Source: Candidatus Iainarchaeum sp.
Lineage (GTDB): Archaea > Iainarchaeota > Iainarchaeia > Iainarchaeales > VGJJ01
DNA: 32,000 bases
Direction of reading: 5' to 3'
NCBI GenBank assembly: GCA_030688545.1
Contig: JAUYHT010000008.1
Span: forward strand, 120,001 to 152,000
Position numbers and translations under genes: made by a program. Below the pieces are notes generated by a model that saw only the letters and a list, made by a program, of their open reading frames with translations, made no database searches and was not told where the DNA came from. This document shows, in pieces, positions 7,185 through 15,441 of the stretch (its first letter is position 1; each line of letters opens with the position of its first letter).

Positions 7185-8573
7185 TCACAGGAAAAATTCC
7201 TTGCCTTTTAAGAATGCGCTCAGGGCACGGGCGAATTCATCATCTTTGCGCGCGAGCCCAGTCAAATGCGTTTCCTGCAGAATCTTAAAATCACTCATCG
7301 CTGAGGCCAATTCGTCTTTTTCATTAGCAATCATCTTACCTTTCCATATCTCTTCCAGTGCGCCCTCGGCCTTAACAAAACGCCTTGTTTCTTCCACCAC
7401 CAACCGCCCCTCCTCGATGCGGGGCCCCGACAAAGGATGAGAGTGGGCTTTAAGGAACGCCTCCGCATGCCCTGCTTCCACCACTTTCGGTCCAATCCTG
7501 GTTTTGGATTTCTGCAGGATAGGATTGGCGACATCGAAGAAGAGGTAACAATCCTCCCCCCCACTCGTATGGGTGAAAGTGCGTCGCACGATGAAATCAT
7601 TCTGCTGCAATCCGGTGGAGGCACGCCGGGACAATCGAGCGAGCTGCCCCCACACCACATCCTCGACGATTCCTTTTGGATAAGAAAAATGCAGGCCGAT
7701 GAGCTCTTCCGTCTGGAACCTTTTTTTCAATTCCTTTTCTGGCAAAGCCTTTTCCTGGTGACCGAAAAAGAATGTCATTCGGGGGCGGTTGAGAAAGCTC
7801 CGGGCCGCCATGATAAGACGGGCGAACTGGTTATAGGACAAGGCCGCGGCCACATTACGAATTTTATCGGTGGGATCCACGACCACCAAGAACGCGCCTG
7901 GAAAAAGCGATAGGGCCTCGGACTCGGAACCGTATTCGTTTTCCCTATCAATCACCGTGCCCTCTTTCCAAAAAGCCATGGCGCGCAGCGCTTTCTCGAA
8001 TGTCCCATATTCCAGAATAAGCAATTCCACCAGATACCCTGGCACCCCCTGGTACCGGGTGTCCGCTCCATACACTTGGATGCCCTTGAAGAATTGTTTG
8101 AGCAGACGAACCTGATTCCGTTGATAGATTTTCAATCGACGTTTGACATAGGAGGTATGAAACGGGGTGCGATCCACGGCAGAAATCTTCTCAGTAGCTT
8201 TTCCCACCTTAAACACCGGGACAATTTCCACATCGAACCCATCGATATTTCCCCGGACGTAGGGGTGTTCGCTGTAGGCTTCCTCATGGGGATTTTTACC
8301 AAAAATGAAATGGCCCAGTTTCAATCCGTGCTTCTCGAAGGATTCCCGTTTGAGGGAAGGGGAATAATACACGAAAATATCCAAATCCTTGTCCCCCGCG
8401 AGATGCGTGTCGCGCGCGATGGAACCGGCGAGCACGGCACCTTTATGGGGGCCGCGGGTCTTCCGAATGGTGCGCATGATCCTCCGGCACAATGCCTGTT
8501 CCGCGGTCCGTTCTTTCTTGGAAGGAACGATATAGGTCAACACTTTCCGTGAGAGCGCTGCTAAGGAAACCAT
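7185..8573 (-). CDS. cca: archaeal class-I CCA-adding enzyme (tRNA nucleotidyltransferase)
   Basis: GSIARDTHLAGDKDLDIFV nucleotidyltransferase motif and about 460 aa, typical of archaeal CCA enzymes. ATG at 8571-8573; the track start at 8579 is a GTG. It ends 13 nt before the next gene. Confidence 0.8.
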   Translation of the reverse strand: MVSLAALSRKVLTYIVPSKKERTAEQALCRRIMRTIRKTRGPHKGAVLAGSIARDTHLAGDKDLDIFVYYSPSLKRESFEKHGLKLGHFIFGKNPHEEAYSEHPYVRGNIDGFDVEIVPVFKVGKATEKISAVDRTPFHTSYVKRRLKIYQRNQVRLLKQFFKGIQVYGADTRYQGVPGYLVELLILEYGTFEKALRAMAFWKEGTVIDRENEYGSESEALSLFPGAFLVVVDPTDKIRNVAAALSYNQFARLIMAARSFLNRPRMTFFFGHQEKALPEKELKKRFQTEELIGLHFSYPKGIVEDVVWGQLARLSRRASTGLQQNDFIVRRTFTHTSGGEDCYLFFDVANPILQKSKTRIGPKVVEAGHAEAFLKAHSHPLSGPRIEEGRLVVEETRRFVKAEGALEEIWKGKMIANEKDELASAMSDFKILQETHLTGLARKDDEFARALSAFLKGKEFFL

Positions 8574-8594
8574 ATGCACGGGAAAACCCCCTGC

Positions 8595-8604
8595 TTAATA
8601 TATT
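8595..8604. promoter_or_regulatory. shared TATA-like box between the divergent cca and ATPase genes
   Basis: TTAATATATT lies about 22 nt from the cca ATG (8573) and 21 nt from the ATPase ATG (8625). This is consistent with leaderless or very short-leader archaeal transcripts. Confidence 0.4.
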
Positions 8605-8624
8605 CCACCGTGGTTCTCCCCTCC

Positions 8625-10223
8625 ATGGACAAACGCATCACGTCCATCCGGGGCGAATTATTGGAAGACACTCCCCACGCCCGCATCTACGAGGGGTTTC
8701 CCTACAACGAGTACGAGGCCAAGAAGCCTGTTTTCACCCCCCCTGAACAGGAATTCGCTGACGCATTGGCATCTGCCCTGAACGCGCGCACCCGCAGTGA
8801 AGAATGGTCGCACCGACTCCCAACAAACGTCGCCAAATCATTCGTCACGCCCTTCAAGATGCGCATGATTACCCTCGTTGAAAGTAATGAGCTCGTGGAC
8901 AAACTCCCCTCGGAAGAGGATTGGGAGACCCTCCACGCGGTGTTGACGGGATTGCTCCGCGAGCACGGGGATATCGTGAAAGACATGGATGCTTTCGCTA
9001 CCTATGTATTGGATTATGGGGTGGGGTATGCGCAGATAGGGTCGCTCCTCCGCGACCCCCACTTGGAGGAAGTAATGGTGAATGGGCAGAAACGAAATGT
9101 CTTCGTCTACCACCATCGCCATGGTACTTGCAAGACTAATATCTTCGTGGAAGCGCACGACCCCCACATCCTGCGCATCATCACCAAGGCATCCAAATAT
9201 GCCGGGAGAAAATTTCATGAGCACGAACCCCTATTAGACGCCCGCCTCCCCGATGGATCACGCCTCAATGCGACATTCGAAACCGTCACCCCATTTGGTC
9301 ATTCCATCACCATCCGCAAGTTCACCCGCAACATGCTGTCGGTAACCCAACTCATCGCCAACAATACCCTCACCTTTGAGACAGCCGCCTTCGTGTGGGT
9401 GATGACCGAAGGGATGGGAGTGAAACCCATGAATATGATCATCACCGGGGGCTCAGGATGCGGAAAAACGACCTTCCTCAACTGTGTGGGGAGCTTCATC
9501 CCATTTGGGGATAGGGTCATCACCATTGAAGACACGGCCGAACTCAAATTCTTCGATCGGGAGAATTGGATTTCCATGGAAGCCCAACCCCACACCCGAA
9601 CCAATCCCGGGACGGACATGAATGATTTGCTCACCAATGCCATGCGGATGCGGCCCGATAGATTAATCGTGGGGGAAGTGCGGGGAAAGGAAGCCGAAAC
9701 CCTGTTCATAGCTATGGACACCGGTCACCAGGGGTGCATGGGAACCCTCCACTCCAATTCCGCGCGCGAAATGCTCGTGCGCTTGACAAATGATCCCATG
9801 AACGTGCCCCAATCCCTATTGCCGGTGTTGGATATGGTGGTGGTGCTCCAGAAAGTGAATGATGTGAAACACGGCCTCCAACGCCGAGTATCTCAAATTG
9901 CGGAAGTGTCCCACATGAACCAGAGCATCCTCCTCTCCAACCTCTTCGAACGCCACCCGGAAACCGATCTGCTGATGCGCACCGACACCCCCTCCCACCT
10001 GATGCAGGTGCTATCCGATGCTGCTGGAAAGAACAAGCGGAGCATCCTCCAAGAAATTCTTGTTCGCCAGCGCGTGCTGGAATGGATGATCCGCCACCGC
10101 ATATTCGACCCGGCGGACGTGGAAAAGGTGGTGCAGCAATACTACTTCGACCCGGCCGGGATCGTGGACCAAGTGACAAAGGAACTGGAAGACATCAACC
10201 CCCCTCCCCCGCGGAAGAAATGA
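8625..10223 (+). CDS. type II/IV secretion-family ATPase (archaeal FlaI / PilB / VirB11-like, COG0630)
   Basis: Walker A GGSGCGKTTFLN, Asp box ITIEDTAEL, Walker B RPDRLIVGEVRGKEA, His box GHQGCMGTLHSNS. I prefer ATG 8625, because the track start at 8574 would overlap the divergent cca start. Confidence 0.8.
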   Translation: MDKRITSIRGELLEDTPHARIYEGFPYNEYEAKKPVFTPPEQEFADALASALNARTRSEEWSHRLPTNVAKSFVTPFKMRMITLVESNELVDKLPSEEDWETLHAVLTGLLREHGDIVKDMDAFATYVLDYGVGYAQIGSLLRDPHLEEVMVNGQKRNVFVYHHRHGTCKTNIFVEAHDPHILRIITKASKYAGRKFHEHEPLLDARLPDGSRLNATFETVTPFGHSITIRKFTRNMLSVTQLIANNTLTFETAAFVWVMTEGMGVKPMNMIITGGSGCGKTTFLNCVGSFIPFGDRVITIEDTAELKFFDRENWISMEAQPHTRTNPGTDMNDLLTNAMRMRPDRLIVGEVRGKEAETLFIAMDTGHQGCMGTLHSNSAREMLVRLTNDPMNVPQSLLPVLDMVVVLQKVNDVKHGLQRRVSQIAEVSHMNQSILLSNLFERHPETDLLMRTDTPSHLMQVLSDAAGKNKRSILQEILVRQRVLEWMIRHRIFDPADVEKVVQQYYFDPAGIVDQVTKELEDINPPPPRKK

Positions 10224-10277
10224 ATGGGATTTACTCTCTGGCGAATCACCCGATTGTTTATATTCCAGTAAGCCCTA

Positions 10278-11081
10278 ATGGGAAGCATGCGTTTATTGGG
10301 AATAGGATTGGCCTTTTTGCTCGTTCTCTCATTCGCCTCGGCCGATGCCCTCCTCGTGGACCCGGTGGTGGAGAAAGGGAAACCCGGCGCCACGTTTGAC
10401 TTGGGAAAGATCGAACCCGGCCAGGGGATTGAGGTCATCCTCTCCAAGGACACCGGGTATGGGGCGTCCGCATTCTGGACCCAATTTGAATGGACCTCTC
10501 TTTCGGATGACAGCCTTCGGGCGCAGGATTCCCAGATTGGCCAAGAAAGCCTTGTCGGCCGAATACAAGCCACCGGATTCACTGAGGAAGGAACGTACCA
10601 CGCCACCCTCGTCCTGAAAGGCGACCCCACCCTATTACAAGAGGAAACCTACCACGTGATATTTACTGTTCAACCCACCCTCGTGAAAGGTAGCTTGGCC
10701 GTGAGGGGGGTAGAAGGAAGGGTCAACCAGGAAATGACCTTTGATGTCCTCCTGGTGAATGATTCCTCTTCCCCCGTGCGCATCCGCGTACAACCCGAGC
10801 TACCGGGAACATGGAGCTCGCCGCGCGAGATCCACTTGGCTCCCCGCTCATTCCAGAATGTGGAGGTTGGCATTACCCCCCGATTCGCGGGAGAGAAGAC
10901 TTTCCCCCTGCACCTGGTGAATACTGAAACCAATCACATTTATTCCACGCTCCAGGGCAACCTCACGGCCCGACCCGAACTCAAAGACCGGTACGCGGCG
11001 GGGTTATACGGATTTCCATTTTTTACCATCTCATTAGTGGCGAACACCCTGGCGAATGCCTTTTTTAGCCTTCTCCTGTGA
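10278..11081 (+). CDS. secreted, C-terminally membrane-anchored surface protein (beta-rich, CARDB/NEW3-like repeats?)
   Basis: Sec-type signal peptide MRLLGIGLAFLLVLSFASA-DA and a C-terminal hydrophobic helix FFTISLVANTLANAFFSLLL. The start could instead be the ATG at 10287. TTTATATT box at 10257-10264. Confidence 0.5.
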   Translation: MGSMRLLGIGLAFLLVLSFASADALLVDPVVEKGKPGATFDLGKIEPGQGIEVILSKDTGYGASAFWTQFEWTSLSDDSLRAQDSQIGQESLVGRIQATGFTEEGTYHATLVLKGDPTLLQEETYHVIFTVQPTLVKGSLAVRGVEGRVNQEMTFDVLLVNDSSSPVRIRVQPELPGTWSSPREIHLAPRSFQNVEVGITPRFAGEKTFPLHLVNTETNHIYSTLQGNLTARPELKDRYAAGLYGFPFFTISLVANTLANAFFSLLL

Positions 11082-12694
11082 TGCATCATTTCATGTCGCC
11101 CAATGATAATCCCATGAAGCCTAATGAACGCCTGGCCCACCGGCTCTACACCGAGATTCAGGCCAATACGATTACGGACATTCCCCGCTTCAACACGCGC
11201 AAACGCGAGCTCGCAGAAGGTTTGGGAATCGCCCACTTACCCCCCAACCCGGATTTATTGCCCCTCATGCCAGGGGCATTGAGGAAGGAACAGCGCGCGC
11301 TTTTCGCCATCAAACCTGTTCGCAACATTTCAGGGGTTGCCGTCCTCGCGGCCATGGTGAAACCCCACCTCTGCCCGCATGGGACGTGCATCTACTGCCC
11401 TAAAGGATTACACCACCCCGCACCCCCCGCTTACACGGGGGATGAACCCGCGGCCCAACGCGGATACCGGAATGATTTTGACCCCTATCGCCAAGTCAAT
11501 GGCCGCATTCAGCAGCTACAAGCGGTGGGCCGGGACACTGACAAGTGCGAGCTCATCATCATGGGAGGCACCTTCCTCTCGATGCCCCTGGATTACCAAT
11601 ATTCCTTCATGCAAGGATGCTTAGAAGGGCTCGCCGGGAAACGATTTCCATCCATGGGGGAGACCATAGCGGCGTGCGAAACGAGCGCGAACCGAGTCAT
11701 TGGCATCACCATGGAAACCCGCCCGGACGTGGCCAAAAAGGAAGACATCGCCCGCATGCTTTCATGGGGGAGCACCCGCGTCGAATTGGGGGTACAAACC
11801 ATTTACGATGACGTACTTGAAAAACTGAACCGCCAACACACGGTGAAGCAGACTATTGATGCCACGCGCCGATTGAAAGAAAGCAGTTTGAAGGTAGGCT
11901 ATCATATGATGGCCAAACTTCCCCATTCCGAATTGAAACGGGACATGGCCGCGCATTTAAACATATTTTCAAACCCAGATTTCAAGCCAGACATGGTGAA
12001 ACTCTACCCCGTCGCCGTGGTGGCCAACACCGCGCTCTATGGGATGTGGAAACGCGGCGAATATGAGGAGATGACTCAAGAGGAAGCGGTGGCATTCTAC
12101 GCGGCACTGAAACCCCGCATTCCGGAATGGGTGCGAGTGATGCGGGTGCAACGCGATATCCCCACTCCCAATATTTCCGCCGGGGTGAAGAAAACCAACC
12201 TCCGCCAGCTGGTGGAAAAACGAATGAAAGAAGAGGGAACACGCTGCCGCTGTATCCGGTGCCGCGAAATGGGATTCAAAAAGGTCAAGGAAGGGGTTTC
12301 CCCTCAAAAAATAGAATTGGTGACCCGCTCGTATGAAGCCTCCGGAGGAATGGAGTATTTTATTTCCGCCGAGGACGTGGAACAGGACATCCTGGTGGGG
12401 TTTATCCGCCTCCGGATCCCCCACCTCCCATTGTTCTCCGAACTGGCCGACTCCGGATTCGTGCGCGAAGTGCATGTATATGGCCAATCTGTTCCCCTGG
12501 GGGAGCAAAATGTCACAAGCGGCCAGCACAAAGGATGGGGCCAACGCCTGCTCCAGGAAGCCGAGCGCGTGACTAAAGAGAAGCACGGTTTATCCCACGT
12601 CAACGTCATCGCCGGAATTGGAGTGAGGGAATACTACAAGAACTTGGGGTATGTGCAGAACGGGGCGTGGGTGCGGAAAAATCTGAAAGGATGA
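11081..12694 (+). CDS. elp3: Elp3-family tRNA uridine(34) modification enzyme (radical SAM + GNAT)
   Basis: Radical-SAM cluster CPHGTCIYCP, IIMGGTF, and a C-terminal GNAT segment HKGWGQRLLQEAE. ATG at 11081 overlaps the preceding TGA by 1 nt (TGATG). Confidence 0.85.
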   Translation: MHHFMSPNDNPMKPNERLAHRLYTEIQANTITDIPRFNTRKRELAEGLGIAHLPPNPDLLPLMPGALRKEQRALFAIKPVRNISGVAVLAAMVKPHLCPHGTCIYCPKGLHHPAPPAYTGDEPAAQRGYRNDFDPYRQVNGRIQQLQAVGRDTDKCELIIMGGTFLSMPLDYQYSFMQGCLEGLAGKRFPSMGETIAACETSANRVIGITMETRPDVAKKEDIARMLSWGSTRVELGVQTIYDDVLEKLNRQHTVKQTIDATRRLKESSLKVGYHMMAKLPHSELKRDMAAHLNIFSNPDFKPDMVKLYPVAVVANTALYGMWKRGEYEEMTQEEAVAFYAALKPRIPEWVRVMRVQRDIPTPNISAGVKKTNLRQLVEKRMKEEGTRCRCIRCREMGFKKVKEGVSPQKIELVTRSYEASGGMEYFISAEDVEQDILVGFIRLRIPHLPLFSELADSGFVREVHVYGQSVPLGEQNVTSGQHKGWGQRLLQEAERVTKEKHGLSHVNVIAGIGVREYYKNLGYVQNGAWVRKNLKG

Positions 12695-12695
12695 A

Positions 12696-13385
12696 TCATT
12701 TCCTCAATAATCTTTCCAATTTTTTCTTTTGTGTTTGCAGCAATCTTAGTTTTTCCCGCAGTAATTCGGGTGGCTCATTCCGGACCATCAAGTTGAATTC
12801 CTCCGCGAGATACAATTGGTTGGTATAAATATTGATATCAATAATGGTCTTCATCAAATTCTGAGAAATGTAATACTTTTTCAATCTGGAATAATATAAT
12901 TTTTGATTCGACTTACGAGCTATTGCCATCTGTCTAGAAATCACTTCTAATTCACTTTTCGCTTGTGCGGAATCATAGAGGTTATTCTCAATTTCGGTTG
13001 CCTTATGGATAGCGATAGATGGGTTTCCTCGGAAGGCATATGTCCATTTCAAATCCTTCATCTGTTGCATTTGAACGCCCATTTGCAATACCATATTATC
13101 CTGGAGCGATCCCGGATGCCTTTTCAACCAGGAAATAATCTTTGATATCCGCCGAATACGCAAGTCCGCATATTCCGACACCGCATTGGAGAAAGTAATT
13201 ACGTTAAGGAGATTTAACACTATCCCATCAATGGAACGGAAATTTTGTAATGGCACATGACTCATTTTGCCTAATGTTTGCTTTAACCCCCGTATGTCCT
13301 CAGATAAAGGTTTAAGCTGTTTCCTTAGCTCGATCCACTTGTCCCGGGGATTTCGATCTCTCCTCCTATTGGGCTTTTTAGGCAT
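12696..13385 (-). CDS. hypothetical basic, helical (coiled-coil-like) protein; AT-rich ORFan
   Basis: ATG at 13383-13385. Basic N-terminus MPKKPNRRRDRNPRDK and a K/R/E/L/Q-rich sequence. No recognisable domain. The composition switch falls exactly at the gene borders. Confidence 0.45.
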   Translation of the reverse strand: MPKKPNRRRDRNPRDKWIELRKQLKPLSEDIRGLKQTLGKMSHVPLQNFRSIDGIVLNLLNVITFSNAVSEYADLRIRRISKIISWLKRHPGSLQDNMVLQMGVQMQQMKDLKWTYAFRGNPSIAIHKATEIENNLYDSAQAKSELEVISRQMAIARKSNQKLYYSRLKKYYISQNLMKTIIDINIYTNQLYLAEEFNLMVRNEPPELLREKLRLLQTQKKKLERLLRK

Positions 13386-13428
13386 TAATGGGTTGGGAGA
13401 TTGGAATTTTTAACCTAATTGGTAAAAT

Positions 13429-14391
13429 TCAATTACCCATTTCCCGCTGGAAACGTCTAAGTGCCTTTTTGGAATATTCCAAGTCTTTCCGAATAATATC
13501 CCGCGTGCGTCCTTTGAACCGCAGTCCGGTCAGACGGAGGATTTTCAGCTCATATGTGAGGCGTTGAATATCACGGGAGTAATAATTGATTCCAGAGGTA
13601 AAAAATCGGTCGATCAATTGGGGGGAAGGGGATAGGTTTTTCTGTAATCTGTCTTGATGCGCGTCCATAGCTTCTACGAATTTCCTTTTCCAATCAATAC
13701 CTTCAAGTGAATATCCTTCAAAAGCTTTAATCTCCGGTCCGATATTGAGCAATTGCTCAACTTTTCTCTTCTCTTTTCGCCATTCACTTTTCCAGGTCTC
13801 CAGATTCCGGATATATCGCTCTCGATATTTTGATGTCGCCCCGGTGAGGGAGGATGCGGATGTCAACCAATCCAATTCAATATCCAGCCGATTAATCTCA
13901 GCCTCAATATATTTCACGTAAGCCGAATGAAACCCCAAAAGAACGGGAACGGCTCCCTTCAATTCACTAATCGTTTGGATCCTGATTTTTCCCATTCTAT
14001 TGCGAGTCGTCCGGTATTCTCGGCGTTTTTCTTTTAGATCCGCTTCTCCCTCCGCCACTTTCCTTTGGTGCAATCGCCGAAGCGCCGCTAAACGATAGGT
14101 AATCGAACGATACCGCCGATTCCTTCCAAATAGATTGACCATCAACTGGGAAGATCCTCGGTAATGAGAGGATAATGCTTGTTTCACCATATCGGGGTAT
14201 ACGCGCTCAACTGCCGATGTCCCGAAATAGATTGGTCTACGCGGCTCGGTCACCATATCCGGACGCATGACTATTCCGCGACGCCACACATTTGCACGCT
14301 TGGCTTCCCGCTCTAAAAAAGCCAAATCCCGCTTGGCTGTCTTCTTGGGATACGATCGTCTTTCTCTAGACCCCATGTTCCCCAATACCAT
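13429..14391 (-). CDS. hypothetical basic, helical protein; AT-rich ORFan
   Basis: ATG at 14389-14391 (alternative at 14376). 320 aa, Arg/Lys-rich throughout. No recognisable domain. Confidence 0.45.
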   Translation of the reverse strand: MVLGNMGSRERRSYPKKTAKRDLAFLEREAKRANVWRRGIVMRPDMVTEPRRPIYFGTSAVERVYPDMVKQALSSHYRGSSQLMVNLFGRNRRYRSITYRLAALRRLHQRKVAEGEADLKEKRREYRTTRNRMGKIRIQTISELKGAVPVLLGFHSAYVKYIEAEINRLDIELDWLTSASSLTGATSKYRERYIRNLETWKSEWRKEKRKVEQLLNIGPEIKAFEGYSLEGIDWKRKFVEAMDAHQDRLQKNLSPSPQLIDRFFTSGINYYSRDIQRLTYELKILRLTGLRFKGRTRDIIRKDLEYSKKALRRFQREMGN

Positions 14392-14398
14392 CGCGCGA

Positions 14399-14407
14399 CT
14401 TTAAAGG
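14399..14407. promoter_or_regulatory. TATA-like box upstream of the Rossmannoid/nuclease pair
   Basis: CTTTAAAGG lies 22 nt upstream of ATG 14429. A second A/T box, CAATATAC (14421-14428), could serve the divergent gene that starts at 14391. Confidence 0.3.
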
Positions 14408-14428
14408 GTGTCACTCCCACCAATATAC

Positions 14429-14794
14429 ATGATCCTCATCGCCACCATTGGTTCGGGAAAAGGGACGTGGGGACATGTCCAGCGGGTGATGAAAGAGGGG
14501 GATTGGGAGAAAACGCTGCTCATCGGGAACGATTGGAGTAAGGAGCATTTCTCTTTCCCGGAGGGGATGGATGTAGAATGGATCGTGCTCCATGCGCAGG
14601 AACCATTTGAGCAGATCAAGGAGCAGATCGCCGCCCGGTTGGATAAAAAATCGTATGGGGTGTGCCTGTCCTCGGGCAGCGGGAAGGAACATTCAGCCCT
14701 CCTCGCAGCGCTGCTGGAAAAAAGGGTGAAATGGTCCATCGCCTACCTTTCAAAAAGCCAGCTGGCCATCTACGGAGGGGAGAAGGATGCTTGA
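14429..14794 (+). CDS. minimal Rossmannoid ligand-binding-like protein (CARF/SLOG-like), function unknown
   Basis: Starts with beta1 MILIATIGSGKGTW (hydrophobic strand plus Gly-rich loop). A second Gly-rich loop follows a hydrophobic strand, YGVCLSSGSGKEHSALLAALL. About 121 aa with alternating strand/helix character. The track start at 14408 is a GTG. Confidence 0.45.
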   Translation: MILIATIGSGKGTWGHVQRVMKEGDWEKTLLIGNDWSKEHFSFPEGMDVEWIVLHAQEPFEQIKEQIAARLDKKSYGVCLSSGSGKEHSALLAALLEKRVKWSIAYLSKSQLAIYGGEKDA

Positions 14795-15155
14795 ATGGGT
14801 GCTCGCCCTCCTGGTTCTCGTGCTCGCGGGAATCAGTTTCTTCCTCTACAAACGCGTGGAGGCGCTCAGCGCCTTTGCCAATGACCTGCAATTCGCCAAA
14901 CAGAGTCAATCCGTGAAATATGGGAAAATGAGCGAGCACTGGATTCCTCTGTCAGAAAAATTTCCTTACGAGAAAGAACGCTTCCGCTTCCTCGGAAACC
15001 CCATCGACGGCCTCGCATTCCTGGATGACAAAATCGTATTCTGCGAATTCAAAGCCAACACCAGCCGATTATCTTCCGTGCAGGACAATATCAAACGATT
15101 GGTGCAGGAGAAAAAGGTGGAGTGGTTGGAAATCCAGACGAAGGAAGGAGATTAG
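14787..15155 (+). CDS. membrane-anchored PD-(D/E)xK endonuclease related to archaeal Holliday junction resolvase (COG4741 / PF10107-like)
   Basis: N-terminal TM helix WVLALLVLVLAGISFFLY, then YGKMSEHWIPL...FPY....RFLGNPIDGLAF..DKIVFCEFKANTSRLSSVQ..IK. This gives the catalytic-type PID ... E-F-K arrangement. It has an 8-nt overlap (ATGCTTGA) with the upstream gene and an SD-like GGAGGGGAGAAGG. Confidence 0.6.
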   Translation: MLEWVLALLVLVLAGISFFLYKRVEALSAFANDLQFAKQSQSVKYGKMSEHWIPLSEKFPYEKERFRFLGNPIDGLAFLDDKIVFCEFKANTSRLSSVQDNIKRLVQEKKVEWLEIQTKEGD

Positions 15156-15397
15156 CCTCTCCTACGTATCCTTCGAAGAAGTCCGGCCCCCCATTTTCGC
15201 AATCCATATTCTTTTCTTTCCTTTTCGATATGTGAATGCACCAAAATAGAAGGGTCTTGAGGGATGCTTTCCCCTTTTTCTCTCAACCTAAACCTTTTCA
15301 TCAATTCGTATGCTTCCCCCCTCTCCAAGGGTGTCACCTTCAATTTTACATCGGGCCTCAGGTCTCCCTTTTTTTTTGGTTTTTTTTCATCCGGCAT
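15152..15397 (-). CDS. small basic hypothetical protein
   Basis: 81 aa, ATG at 15395-15397, 44 nt downstream of the pelota stop on the same strand. Lys/Arg-rich termini. No motif recognised. Confidence 0.35.
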   Translation of the reverse strand: MPDEKKPKKKGDLRPDVKLKVTPLERGEAYELMKRFRLREKGESIPQDPSILVHSHIEKERKEYGLRKWGAGLLRRIRRRG

Positions 15398-15441
15398 GGG
15401 AAAGGAAAAGGATATTTCCTATTTAACGATTTGTTTTTTCG

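Noticed and set aside
6051-7288. Several long + strand ORFs (76-145 aa) antisense to or out of frame with the COG2403 gene. Similar ones occur inside cca, the ATPase, elp3 and ABCE1 (e.g. 9712-10179, 11969-12586, 18072-18482).
   Set aside because: They lie entirely inside genes with strong full-length family signatures. Their translations are low-complexity and R/P/G/S-rich. Long spurious ORFs are expected in 55-60% GC DNA.
8574-8624. Track start (8574) for the secretion ATPase, and GTG start (8579) for cca.
   Set aside because: These would make two divergent genes overlap at their 5' ends and would bury the only TATA-like box. True ATGs exist at 8625 and 8573, placed symmetrically around that box.
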